From contig CAXXRD010000001.1 in the NCBI GenBank assembly GCA_963663895.2, positions 160,001-224,000 on the forward strand: a DNA stretch of 64,000 nucleotides. The letters are read 5' to 3'. Numbering within the stretch: the stretch's first letter is position 1; each line of letters starts with the position of its first letter. The notes beneath the pieces are model-generated. The model was not told the DNA's origin. It did not search any database and was given only the letters and a program-made list of their open reading frames with translations. The position numbers were made by a program, and so were the translations under genes. Source of the DNA: Dehalococcoidia bacterium (lineage in GTDB: Bacteria > Chloroflexota > Dehalococcoidia > Bin125). Shown in pieces: positions 49,032-58,324 of the stretch.

Positions 49032-50012
49032 CTAGCCCGCCTGCAAGGCCTGCAAGGCCTCCAGTGTCGCGCGGGCCAGCGTTTGCTTCTCCGCCGCCCC
49101 GCTCATGATGGTCTGCGCGACAAGGCATTCAACGCCGACTTCAGTGCGGACGGCATCTGCCAGCGCCGCGTCCCGTTCATCCAGAACGAACAGGTCGATG
49201 AGATCGCCGTAAAGTCGGGCGACGCCGAGTGCGGAGACATCGTGGCCGAGACTCTCGAGAATCGCGGCTGCTGGTCCCTTCACGGCTTCTCCGCCGACGA
49301 TTGGACTAATCGCTGCCTTGGGCGCCCCGCTCGTCAGCAGACAGTCGCGTAGGCCTTTCACCGCGAGCACCGGTTCGATGGAGAGAAAGGGGTTGCTCGG
49401 CGCGATCACGATCGCGCGCGCGTGCAAGATGGCCTGCAACACCCCGGGCGCGGCCCGTGCCTCTGCCAACCCCGCGAACCGCAAACCCAGTACCCGATCC
49501 TCCGACCGCCGCTGCACGAAATACTCCTGAAAGGAGAGTTCGCCCTCCGGCGTCTCCACCATGGTGCACAGGCGCTGATCCGTGACCGGAATCACCCGCA
49601 CTGCGACCCCCAGAGCATCCGTGATCTCAGCGGTCACCGCGCTCAGCGATGCGCTCTCCCGCAAACGATGCGTGCGGAAGAGGTGCGTCGCGAGGTCGCG
49701 GTCTCCGAGCTGAAACCAGGCAGGCCCACCCAACTCCTCGAGTGCAGCCAACGCCGCAAAGCTGTCCCCGCGTAATCCCCAGCCCGTCTCCGGATTCACA
49801 CGCCCCGCCAGCGTGTACGTGACCGTGTCCAGGTCGGGCGATACGTGCAGGCCTCCGACTTCCAGGTCATCGCCGACGTTAACAATGGCGACGACTTCCG
49901 CCGGCGCCACCACTTGCACCACTCCCTCCAGAAAGCGCGCCGCTCCCACGCCACCCGCCAACACAACCACTGGAGCCGCTTCGCTCAAGGAGCCTCCGGT
50001 ACGTACCGTCAT
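49032..50012 (-). CDS. cofD: 2-phospho-L-lactate transferase (F420 biosynthesis)
   Basis: LAGGVGAARFL, NVGDD, SPDLDTVTYTL, WFQLGDRDLATH, FQEYFV, PSNP, KGPA. Confidence 0.96.
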   Translation of the reverse strand: MTVRTGGSLSEAAPVVVLAGGVGAARFLEGVVQVVAPAEVVAIVNVGDDLEVGGLHVSPDLDTVTYTLAGRVNPETGWGLRGDSFAALAALEELGGPAWFQLGDRDLATHLFRTHRLRESASLSAVTAEITDALGVAVRVIPVTDQRLCTMVETPEGELSFQEYFVQRRSEDRVLGLRFAGLAEARAAPGVLQAILHARAIVIAPSNPFLSIEPVLAVKGLRDCLLTSGAPKAAISPIVGGEAVKGPAAAILESLGHDVSALGVARLYGDLIDLFVLDERDAALADAVRTEVGVECLVAQTIMSGAAEKQTLARATLEALQALQAG

Positions 50013-50038
50013 CGCCGGGAGCCTAGCATCACGACTCC

Positions 50039-50389
50039 TCAATCGCTTCGCAATGTGACTGCAAACAGGCCCGGCTCATCTCCCTCCATCACCTCCATCC
50101 ATCGCGCCCCCCTCTCCACGTTCGGATCGCCGAAACGCGCGCGCGCGCGCAGCGGGCTATCGGAATCGACTCGGACTTGCCGCAGAAGCCCGCCCGACCA
50201 CGCCTCCCTCCCTCCCTCCATCTCCAACTCCCCCTCCGTCAACGCACCTTCCCTGGATATCACCAAGCGCAGCAGCACGCGCTCGCCCTGTGCTTCGCCG
50301 CCAGCCTCGATCGCAAGGTGACGGCTTCCATCCAACTGTCGTTCGTCAGAGACAGCTTCTCCCTGCAGCAACCATCCCTCAGTGCGCAT
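50039..50389 (-). CDS. Hypothetical protein
   Basis: ORF fills the gap upstream of cofD on the same strand; no recognised motif. Confidence 0.45.
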   Translation of the reverse strand: MRTEGWLLQGEAVSDERQLDGSRHLAIEAGGEAQGERVLLRLVISREGALTEGELEMEGGREAWSGGLLRQVRVDSDSPLRARARFGDPNVERGARWMEVMEGDEPGLFAVTLRSD

Positions 50390-50444
50390 ACGCCGATCGT
50401 AGCCGCGCTTGACCACTACCTTGGAATAGGACAGAAAGATCGCT

Positions 50445-51077
50445 ATGCCCAGGACACAGATGCCGCTCGCTTCCGCCGACACGCCGACCCCCAGTTCGGT
50501 GCTCAGCCGGCTCCCCGCCTGCCCCTACTGCCGCGGCCCCCGCGGCCCCGGCCTCTTCTGCACAACCTGCAACCGATTCAACCGCTATCCCAACAGCCCC
50601 ATCGTTGCCGCTTCGCGCCTCCGACGCTTCGGCGGCTACATCCTGGAACTCACCCTCCTCCTCGCCACCCTCGGCATCGGCTGGCTCATCTGGCTGGCCG
50701 TCGTTGCGCCCCGGGCGCAAACGCCCGCCAAATCGTTCCTCGGCATGCACATCGTGGGTGAGGACGGCGCCCCCGTGAGCGCCGGCAAGGTTTGGGTGCG
50801 CGAGATCCTGGTGAAATCGATCTTTTGCGGACTCGTGCCTCTGGCCAACGCGCTCTGGATATTCATCGACCGCGATCGTCAGACTATCCACGACAAGATC
50901 GTCGAGACCGTGATCGTCTACGCGCCTCACGGTCTCGACACGACGGCGCCCTCAAGCAGCTCCTCTCCCAGCGTCCTGCAGGAAGAACTCGACGCCCTCG
51001 CCCAGGCCCGCGATCAGGGCGCCATCACCGTCTACGAGTACGAGGCGCGCCGGCAGCGACTGTTGGGACGCCGCTAA
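50445..51077 (+). CDS. RDD family membrane protein with N-terminal zinc ribbon and C-terminal SHOCT domain
   Basis: CPYC..CTTC; RRFGGYILE, QTPAK, RQTIHDKIVET; ARDQGAITVYEYEARRQRLL. Confidence 0.85.
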   Translation: MPRTQMPLASADTPTPSSVLSRLPACPYCRGPRGPGLFCTTCNRFNRYPNSPIVAASRLRRFGGYILELTLLLATLGIGWLIWLAVVAPRAQTPAKSFLGMHIVGEDGAPVSAGKVWVREILVKSIFCGLVPLANALWIFIDRDRQTIHDKIVETVIVYAPHGLDTTAPSSSSSPSVLQEELDALAQARDQGAITVYEYEARRQRLLGRR

Positions 51078-51168
51078 ACTCCCGGAACCGGCGGGGGACG
51101 GTGCAGGGAGGCGCCACGCGGAACAAGACAGCGTCGCGTCCTTTGACGCTATCATTCAGCGGACACGA

Positions 51169-51197
51169 AGAGCCCCGGGATCCGGTCCCGGGGCTCT
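51169..51197. terminator. Hairpin between convergent RDD and nrdJ genes
   Basis: AGAGCCCCGGGA-TCCGG-TCCCGGGGCTCT, perfect 12-bp stem. Confidence 0.6.
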
Positions 51198-51261
51198 GTC
51201 GTCGCCGCGTGAGGGATGAGGGTCGGCGGCTCTACCTCACGCGTATTGCGCTTGTAACGCC

Positions 51262-54120
51262 CTAGCTGCAGCCCGACGTATTGCCGCAGTTAAGGCACGC
51301 GAAACAGCTCCCGTTGCGCACCATCATGTGGCCGCAGTCGGAGCAGGGCGGGGCGTCCAATTCGCTGCGCTCCCGTGCGCTCCCGTTGGCCGATGGATAG
51401 TTGCTCAGGAAATCCGGCACCGCGACGGAGGCCACCGGGCTCGCCTCCGGGGGCGACGGCTCTTCTTGCAACGGCAGCGGCGCCTGTGCCGCCGTCACAT
51501 CCCGCTCATCATTCGGCAGGTAGCGCCGCCCCATCCACCGGAACACGTAGTCCAGGATCGAACTGGCGTGGCCCAGCTCCAGATTGCGCGTCCAGCCGCT
51601 CGGCTCGAAGCGGCTGTGGCTGAACTTGCGCACCAACGTTTCAATCGGCACGCCAGACTGCAACGCCACGCTCGTCAGCGCTCCCACCGCGTCCACGAGC
51701 CCCGACACGGTCGAGCCTTCCTTCGACACGTGCACGAATACCTCACCGGGCTGGCCGTTCGCGTACTCCCCGACCGTCAGGTAGCCCTCGTGCTCGCCGA
51801 TCGTAAACTTGTGCGTCACTGCTCCCCGGTCGTCCGGCAGGCGGTGCCGCCGGTACGCGGGCGGCCCCGTTGCCGCATCAACCACGGTTGGCTCGTCCGC
51901 CGACGAGGACAGCGCCACCGCGTCCGTCTCGCCGACCTTCGTCCCATCCTTCCGCTCCACCGTCTCCAGCGGCTGGATCCGCTTCGAGTTATCGCGATAG
52001 ATCGCGATCGCCTTGACGCCCAACTGCCATGCTTGGACGTACGTCTCCATGATCTCGTCGATCGTGACGTCCTCAGGCACGTTCACCGTCTTGGAGATCG
52101 CGCCGGAGAGGAACGGTTGAGCCGCGCCCATCATCCGCACATGCGCCATCGGCTCAATGCTGCGCTCGCCCTCGGCCGGCTTGAAGGCGCAGTCGAAGAC
52201 GGCCAGGTCCGCCTCGCGCAAGCCGGGCGCGCCCTCGATCGTGCCGTGCTCATCGATATAGGCGACGATCGCATCCGTCGCCGCCGTGTCGTACCCCAAC
52301 CGACGCAAGGCCGCCGGCACTGTGTTGTTGACGATCTTTAGGTAGCCGCCACCCGAGAGGTTCTTGTATTTGATCAGCGCGATATCCGGCTCGATGCCGG
52401 TCGTGTCGCAATCCATCATGAACGCGATCGTGCCAGTGGGCGCCAGGACCGTCGCCTGCGCATTGCGGTAGCCGTAAAGCAATCCCAAGCGAAGCGCCTC
52501 GTCCCAAGTCTCCTGCGCGCCCGCCGCGAGATCGGCGGGAACCGCGTCGAGTGCCTCGATCTGCGCCACCTGCTCGCGATGCTTCTTGATCACTCGCAAG
52601 AACGATTCGCGATTCTCTTGATACCTCGCGAACGCCCCCAACCGCTCCGCAACCCGCGCCGATTGGGCGTACGCCTCGCCGGTCAGCGCCGCCGTGATCG
52701 CCCCCGCCATCGCCCGCCCCTCGGGTGAGTCGTACGGCAGGCCGCGCGCCATCAGCAAGGCGCCCAGATTGGCGTAGCCCAATCCCAAGGGCCGGTAGTG
52801 GTGACTGTTCTCTTCGATCTTCTGCGACGGGTAGGAGGCGTTATCGACCAAGATCTCTTGCGCGGCGATCAGCACCTTGCAGGCCGCGCGGAACGCATCG
52901 ATATCGAAGGTATGCGTATCCAAGTCGTAGAACTTGAGCAGATTGATCGACGCCAGGTTGCAAGCGGTGTCGTCGAGGAACATGTACTCGGAGCAGGGAT
53001 TACTGGCGTAGATCCGGTCGGTGCCGGCGCAGGTGTGCCAGTCGTTGATCGTGGTGTCGAACTGCATGCCCGGGTCGCCGCAGACGTAGGTCGCCTCGGC
53101 GATCGCGCGCAGCACGGCGCGCGCCGACAGATCCTCCACAGGCTCCTTGGTCGTAACCGCCGTCGTCCAGTAGGTGGCGTCCTGCTCCACCGCACGCATG
53201 AAGGCATCGGTCACCCGCACGCTGTGGTTCGCGTTTTGGAAGGAAATGGAGGAGTAGGCCTCACCGTTGAGCGACCCGTCGTAGCCGCTGTCGATCAGCG
53301 CCCATGCCTTCTGCTCTTCCTTCGACTTACAGTGAACGAACTCCATCACGTCGGGGTGATCGGCGTTCAGGATCACCATCTTGGCCGCGCGGCGCGTTTT
53401 CCCGCCGGACTTAATCACGTTGGCGAAGGCGTCGTAGCCGCGCATGAACGAGACGGGGCCTGACGGCGTGCCGCCCCCGGTGAGCTTCTCTCTGCTCGAG
53501 CGCAGCGACGAGAGGTTGCTGCCCGTCCCGCTCCCCCACTTGAAGAGCAACGCCTCGCGCGTCGCCAGGTCCATGATCGACTCCATCGTGTCGTCGACGG
53601 AGTTGATGAAACAAGCGGAGCACTGGGGCCGCTCCACAACCCCCACGTTGAACCACACCGGGCTGTTGAACGCGGCGCACTGGTTGATCAGGAGATGGCG
53701 CAGCTCCTGCTCGAACGTCTCCCGCTCCTCCGACGTCCCGAAGTAGCCGCCCTCCAGCCCCCAGTCGGCGATGGTCACCGCGACGCGATCCACTAACTGC
53801 TTGACCGACCGCTCCCGCTCCGGCGCATCGACATCGCCGTAGAAATACTTCGACACGACGATGTTCGTCGCGTTCACCGACCACGCGGCCGGCACCTCAA
53901 CGTCCTTCTGCTCGAACAGCAGCTTCCCCCCGTCCGAGGTGATCCGGGCCGTCCGCAGCTCCCATGCGACCCCGTCGTAAGAATGGCGATCCGGCGTCGT
54001 GAAGAAGCGCTCGATCAACGGCGGCGTGGCGGGGGAACGCAACTCCTCCTGCAGTGCGACATCCGTAGCCGACTCCTCGGGGGACTCAACAGTGAGAAGA
54101 GCATCGTCGGTCGCGGTCAT
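51262..54120 (-). CDS. nrdJ: Class II (adenosylcobalamin-dependent) ribonucleotide reductase
   Basis: FNSPVWFN, CSACFI, RRAAKM, SNPCSE, APTGTI, TSCPD domain, C-terminal CxxC..CxxC..GCS. Confidence 0.96.
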   Translation of the reverse strand: MTATDDALLTVESPEESATDVALQEELRSPATPPLIERFFTTPDRHSYDGVAWELRTARITSDGGKLLFEQKDVEVPAAWSVNATNIVVSKYFYGDVDAPERERSVKQLVDRVAVTIADWGLEGGYFGTSEERETFEQELRHLLINQCAAFNSPVWFNVGVVERPQCSACFINSVDDTMESIMDLATREALLFKWGSGTGSNLSSLRSSREKLTGGGTPSGPVSFMRGYDAFANVIKSGGKTRRAAKMVILNADHPDVMEFVHCKSKEEQKAWALIDSGYDGSLNGEAYSSISFQNANHSVRVTDAFMRAVEQDATYWTTAVTTKEPVEDLSARAVLRAIAEATYVCGDPGMQFDTTINDWHTCAGTDRIYASNPCSEYMFLDDTACNLASINLLKFYDLDTHTFDIDAFRAACKVLIAAQEILVDNASYPSQKIEENSHHYRPLGLGYANLGALLMARGLPYDSPEGRAMAGAITAALTGEAYAQSARVAERLGAFARYQENRESFLRVIKKHREQVAQIEALDAVPADLAAGAQETWDEALRLGLLYGYRNAQATVLAPTGTIAFMMDCDTTGIEPDIALIKYKNLSGGGYLKIVNNTVPAALRRLGYDTAATDAIVAYIDEHGTIEGAPGLREADLAVFDCAFKPAEGERSIEPMAHVRMMGAAQPFLSGAISKTVNVPEDVTIDEIMETYVQAWQLGVKAIAIYRDNSKRIQPLETVERKDGTKVGETDAVALSSSADEPTVVDAATGPPAYRRHRLPDDRGAVTHKFTIGEHEGYLTVGEYANGQPGEVFVHVSKEGSTVSGLVDAVGALTSVALQSGVPIETLVRKFSHSRFEPSGWTRNLELGHASSILDYVFRWMGRRYLPNDERDVTAAQAPLPLQEEPSPPEASPVASVAVPDFLSNYPSANGSARERSELDAPPCSDCGHMMVRNGSCFACLNCGNTSGCS

Positions 54121-54283
54121 GGCTGAATCCTTATGCTAGAAGCGCTGGCCTCTCCCGCTGAGACCAGCGAGGTTTACGTCACATTTGCCAGGACAAAGTT
54201 CAATTAATCTTCCGCACATAACTGCTAAGACAGCTAAGCAGCTTATGCAGAGAGCCCCCATGTCAGCACAAGTGGCCATGGAA

Positions 54284-54331
54284 ACACAAGAAGATGGGCA
54301 TAGCCGATCCATAATACACAATATCTAGTCA
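54284..54331. promoter_or_regulatory. Tandem NrdR boxes upstream of nrdJ
   Basis: ACACAATATCTAGTCA at 54316 (strong match to acaCwAtATaTwGtg) and degenerate ACACAAGAAGATGGGC at 54284, 32 bp apart. Confidence 0.75.
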
Positions 54332-54467
54332 ACTTCCCATCCACACCCGATCCCCAAAAAACTCTCCCGCTACCTTGTTCACCGCCTATCTAGATCGGAA
54401 ATTCGAACAGATGTCTCATCATACTCGAACCGCCAGGCGGCTGACGGCATCGCGCGACCCCGCTTCC

Positions 54468-55451
54468 ATGGCCGACCTGCGCCTCGCTCCTACCGGGATC
54501 GGTTCGACCCATCACCGCGACGCCAGTGCGGCCGTCTCCACCATCCTCGCCGCCTACCCGGAGCTCCCCTTCTGGCCCCAGCTTCCCAACCGCGCGCCCT
54601 CTGAAGCGATGGCGCCACAGGCTGGCCTCGCCCTCCAGGGCGCTCGCTGGGACGGTCGGCGCCTCCACTGGGCGGAAGCGCGCCTTGATGCGCCCCCGCC
54701 TGCCCTGCTGCCGCCTCCCGACCGCGCGGCCGGCCTCCACGCCCTCCTGGCGCGCCTCAAGACGCGTCCACCGGACCAGCGGCCGCCGTTCGCCAAGGGC
54801 CAGATCATTGGCCCGGTAACGCTCAGCGCCTGCATCGCCGATCCCCCCTCGCTCACGGCGCTGGGGCGCTGGCTTGGCGCACTCGCCGCGGCGCAGGTCT
54901 CCACCTTTGGCCGTCTCGGCATGCGCCCGCTCATCACTTTCGACGAGCCGCTCCTAGCTCGCGTCGGCGAGCGCACCCCGTCGTCCGCCACCTGGGACGA
55001 CGCCTTGGCCGCGCTGCACGCCGCTTTCACGCCCGTCAAGCAGGCGGGCGGCCTCGCCGGGCTCCACTGTTGCGCCCCCGCGAACTGGACGCGCGCCCTC
55101 GCCGCCGAACCCGACATCATCCATTTCGACGCGACGCCCTCCGGCCTCGGCCGCTTCCTCGATCACCGCGAGGCGTTGCGCGCGCACCTGGCCCGCGGGG
55201 GCGGCTTCGGTTGGGGGGTCTGGCCCACCGATGCCGCCGCCCCGCCGTTCAACCTCTCCGCCGGGCGTACCGCGCTTCTCGCCGCCGCCAACGCACTCAC
55301 CGATGCGTCGATCGGCGTCGCCGGCCTCCTCCGCCGATCGACACTCAGCGGCGTCTGCGGCACCGCCAGCTTCAGCGGCGAACGCGAGCACCAGTTAGCG
55401 GCGAACTTACAGGCTCTGGCAGCGTCTCTCAGAGAGCAGCTCGACCTGTAG
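54468..55451 (+). CDS. Cobalamin-independent methionine synthase catalytic-domain-like protein (short core type)
   Basis: TGIGS, PFWPQLP, KGQIIGPVTL, FDEP, GLHCC, WGVWP, C-terminal CG. Confidence 0.75.
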   Translation: MADLRLAPTGIGSTHHRDASAAVSTILAAYPELPFWPQLPNRAPSEAMAPQAGLALQGARWDGRRLHWAEARLDAPPPALLPPPDRAAGLHALLARLKTRPPDQRPPFAKGQIIGPVTLSACIADPPSLTALGRWLGALAAAQVSTFGRLGMRPLITFDEPLLARVGERTPSSATWDDALAALHAAFTPVKQAGGLAGLHCCAPANWTRALAAEPDIIHFDATPSGLGRFLDHREALRAHLARGGGFGWGVWPTDAAAPPFNLSAGRTALLAAANALTDASIGVAGLLRRSTLSGVCGTASFSGEREHQLAANLQALAASLREQLDL

Positions 55452-55466
55452 GAAGCGGGGCCAGAG

Positions 55467-56651
55467 CTACTCGGCGAGCGCCCGTCCGTTCGCTCGCAAC
55501 AAATCCGTGTAGCTCTCGACTCCGGCTATTGGCTGCGAGTAGATCACTCGCACCTCGGCTCCCGTCTCAGCGGCGATCTGCTCGATGGTCGAGGATTCGA
55601 ACTGCGGCTCTCGATAGACCCGCGTCACGCCTCGATCCCGCATCGCTTCGATCAGGTCGGCTAACTCAGCCGCGCTTGCCTCCTGCTCCGGTCCCTCGAT
55701 CACGAATCCAAAGACCTCCAGGTCGTACCGGCGCGCGAAATAGCCGAAGGCGTCGTGGAACGTGACGAGCACCCGATGCTCGGGCGCAAGACCCACGAGG
55801 AGCGCCTGCACATCGGCGTCCGCGGCTTCGATCTCCGCGATGTAGCGCGACGCGTTTGCCGCGAACTCCTCCGCACCGTCCGGCAGCAGAGCGCTCAGCT
55901 CGTCGCGGATCGCCTGCACCGCTTGAATCGCGCGATCCGGATCGAGCCAGAAATGCGGATCGAAGACGCTGTGGCCCTCTTCCTCATCGTGATGCTCGCC
56001 TTCCTCTTCTTCACCCTCGTCCTCGTCGTGATGCTCACCCTCCTCCTCGTCACCTTCCTCCTCGCCGTGATGCTCGCCTTCCTCTTCTTCACCCTCGTCC
56101 TCGTCGTGATGCTCACCCTCCTCCTCGTCACCCTCGTCCTCGCCGTGATCCTCACCCTCCTCCTCGTCGTGATGCTCGTCCTCATCGTGAGCGAAACCTG
56201 GCGGGAACTCTTCCAACTCGATCCAGTCCGAGAGCTCCACTAGCGGAGTATTCCCCAAGTTCTCCTCGATCGTGCCTTCGTAAGCGCCCTCTAAACCACC
56301 ACCATTCAGCACCACCAAGTCAGCTTCGGTCACGGCGCGCACATTGTCGGGGGTCAACTCGAACGTGTGCGCGTCCGCCCCCGGCGGAACCAGCGCCACT
56401 ACGCGCACGCGCTCGCCGCCAACCTGCGCGACCCACTCCGCCACGATCTCCGTGCTGGCGACCACATCAATGCTCGCCGCGCGCGGCTCCTCGACCGGCG
56501 CCGCTGGTGCTTGAGACGTTGCAGGTGTTTGGGGTGTCTGTGCAACATCCACGTCTTCGTCGCCGCAGGCGGCAACGACAAACACCATCCCCGCCAACAA
56601 GGCCAACGGCAGCGCACGCCGTATCAGACCAGAAGCAACACGTCGATTCAT
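55467..56651 (-). CDS. znuA: Zinc/metal ABC transporter substrate-binding lipoprotein with very long His/Glu-rich loop
   Basis: Lipobox VAAC, PPGADAHTFE, NGGGLE, DPHFWLDP, HDAFGYF. Confidence 0.9.
   Translation of the reverse strand: MNRRVASGLIRRALPLALLAGMVFVVAACGDEDVDVAQTPQTPATSQAPAAPVEEPRAASIDVVASTEIVAEWVAQVGGERVRVVALVPPGADAHTFELTPDNVRAVTEADLVVLNGGGLEGAYEGTIEENLGNTPLVELSDWIELEEFPPGFAHDEDEHHDEEEGEDHGEDEGDEEEGEHHDEDEGEEEEGEHHGEEEGDEEEGEHHDEDEGEEEEGEHHDEEEGHSVFDPHFWLDPDRAIQAVQAIRDELSALLPDGAEEFAANASRYIAEIEAADADVQALLVGLAPEHRVLVTFHDAFGYFARRYDLEVFGFVIEGPEQEASAAELADLIEAMRDRGVTRVYREPQFESSTIEQIAAETGAEVRVIYSQPIAGVESYTDLLRANGRALAE
55975..56190 (-). repeat. Tandem 39/78-bp coding repeats (His/Glu/Asp-rich loop of ZnuA)
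   Basis: Segment starting 55988 recurs at 56066 (period 78 bp, EEEGEHHDEDEGEEEEGEHH). Confidence 0.85.
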
Positions 56652-56676
56652 GGCATCGAATCCTTATAGACAGAAG

Positions 56677-56691
56677 TGGGAATGACTCTCG
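56677..56691. promoter_or_regulatory. Possible Zur/Fur-family operator upstream of znuA
   Basis: Imperfect palindrome TGGGAATGACTCTCG, about 25 bp before the znuA start. Confidence 0.45.
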
Positions 56692-56792
56692 TAGTCAGCG
56701 GGTAAGAGTAGGGAGAGCGAAGTCAGCGGTCAAGCGCGAGGGTGTTCGAGGAGGGAGGAATGCAAGGAGGAGAAGTCATTGAGTGGGACCGG

Positions 56793-58070
56793 CTAGTTCA
56801 ACCAGGGCAGTGGGTCCACCGGCACGCCGTTCATGATGATCTCGAAGTGCAGGTGCGCCCCGGTCGAATAGCCCGTTGACCCCACGAAGCCGATCAGCGA
56901 CCCCGCGTCAACGTACTCCCCCAGAAACACGTCGATGTAGCTCAAGTGCGCGTACCGCGTCACCACGCCACCGCCATGATCAACGAGCACGTTGAGTCCA
57001 AACGAGCCGGCCGGACCCGCTTGCACCACGACTCCCGGTGCCGCCGACCCTACAAACGTTCCCACCGGCGCCGCGAAATCGACCCCGGTGTGATAGCCAA
57101 AGGAGTTACCACGCGGCGATCCAAAAAAGTCGGTCACCACGCCGCCGATCGGCCAGACGAACTCGGGAATCGCGTAGACCGGCCCCGAGCCGAATCCGAA
57201 GGTCTGCGATGCTGTGCCGCCCACCAACAGGATCGTGCTTCCTTCGATCAGGGAGTGCGCGCTGGCCAGATCGTTCCCGTGATAGGCGACGGTCGCCTCC
57301 AGGTCCGCCTCGAAATTCTCGATGATCTCCGTCAGCGTGTCGCCCAGGTTCACGGTGTAAACGATGCCGTCCGTGGTCGGGATCGTCAGTTGCCCACCGG
57401 GCTCGAGGTGGTCGGGATCCAGGATCTCCCAGTTATTGTTCAAGATAGAACTGGTCTCCAAGCCAAACCGCGCCGCCAACTTAGCCACCGAGTCGCCGCG
57501 CTGCACCTCGTAACCGAAATAGGGCGGCAGCGCCGATCCGGGCGGCAGTTCCAACCACGCCGACAGCACCGTTTCATCCGAGAGATCCGTCGCAAAGACC
57601 GGTCCCGTGTCCCGCAGCAGCTCTGGGGCGGCGGCGAACGTCAGCACCGCCTGGATCTGCTCGGCCGACAGCAGCGGCTGCACCGTTTCGTTCGAGAAGT
57701 GCACGAAGTCAGCGGCGAGGTGGCTCGCATACCGAGCCGCCGTCACAGTGCTGGAGGGATCGTGCTGGTAAATCGCGGCTGCGCTGGTCACGTCGAAGGC
57801 CGGCTGCGGGCCGTGCAGGGAGGCCAGCGCCAACGGCGCCCCACTCCCGAGCCCCGGCAGCGCAACCTGCACCGAGACGCTCCTTGCTTCCTCGACCGAG
57901 ACATCCATTCCCGTCGCGTCCGGCCGGATCAGCGTCACAGCCAGCGCCACTGCGGCCGCCATCAGTACCGAGGCCAGTGAGGCGGCTCGCCACCAGCGCG
58001 ACGAGGCTGGTATCCACACCGCGGGGCGCGCAGCACGAGCGCGGTTCAGTGCAGTCGTTCGAGCCGCCAT
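56793..58070 (-). CDS. LysM plus M23 family peptidoglycan endopeptidase
   Basis: N-terminal TM, two LysM repeats (YEVQRGDS; YTVNLGDTL), HTGVD, YAHL, STGAHLHFE. Confidence 0.93.
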   Translation of the reverse strand: MAARTTALNRARAARPAVWIPASSRWWRAASLASVLMAAAVALAVTLIRPDATGMDVSVEEARSVSVQVALPGLGSGAPLALASLHGPQPAFDVTSAAAIYQHDPSSTVTAARYASHLAADFVHFSNETVQPLLSAEQIQAVLTFAAAPELLRDTGPVFATDLSDETVLSAWLELPPGSALPPYFGYEVQRGDSVAKLAARFGLETSSILNNNWEILDPDHLEPGGQLTIPTTDGIVYTVNLGDTLTEIIENFEADLEATVAYHGNDLASAHSLIEGSTILLVGGTASQTFGFGSGPVYAIPEFVWPIGGVVTDFFGSPRGNSFGYHTGVDFAAPVGTFVGSAAPGVVVQAGPAGSFGLNVLVDHGGGVVTRYAHLSYIDVFLGEYVDAGSLIGFVGSTGYSTGAHLHFEIIMNGVPVDPLPWLN

Positions 58071-58088
58071 ATCGGGACGCAGTCTAGA

Positions 58089-58277
58089 AAAGCCGCCGCG
58101 TAGTATCCAAGCGGTCCCTGTCCACTCTCGCTCCGCCAGCCACGCTCGCTTCGGAGTCCGACCGATCGATAGCCGCCTCTTCCCCCCGAGAGGGCAACGT
58201 TCAAGCCAACCGGACCCCTAGCAGCGGGCGCCCTTATTCGTTGGGTTCCAGGTCCGCTTTCAGGCCCACTCAACTCC
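58089..58277 (-). ncRNA. ssrS: 6S RNA (SsrS)-like
   Basis: 189-nt rod on minus strand: GGAGTTG/CGGCTTT, AAGCGG-CCTG/CAGG-CCGCTT, central bubble GAACCCAACGAATAAGGG, apical GGGGTCCGGTTGG/TCGGTCGGACTCC; many G-U pairs indicate the strand. Confidence 0.7.
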
Positions 58278-58324
58278 TTGTCGAGCCATCGACCATTTCC
58301 TAGGCTGCCCCCACAAGGCGCATC

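Noticed and set aside
54121-54300. Cobalamin riboswitch upstream of nrdJ
   Set aside because: Hairpins are present but I could not find the conserved B12-element sequence blocks.
54405-54416. LexA-like site GAACAGATGTCT between nrdJ and the MetE-like gene
   Set aside because: The right half-site is GTCT rather than GTTC; it would need a missing T, so it is not supportable as written.
55975-56190. CRISPR-like array
   Set aside because: The repeats are contiguous, in-frame coding repeats without unique spacers; no cas genes.
58089-58277. c-di-AMP (ydaO) riboswitch upstream of the LysM/M23 gene
   Set aside because: The context fits, but the conserved ydaO motifs are not evident and the rod-with-central-bubble fold fits 6S better.
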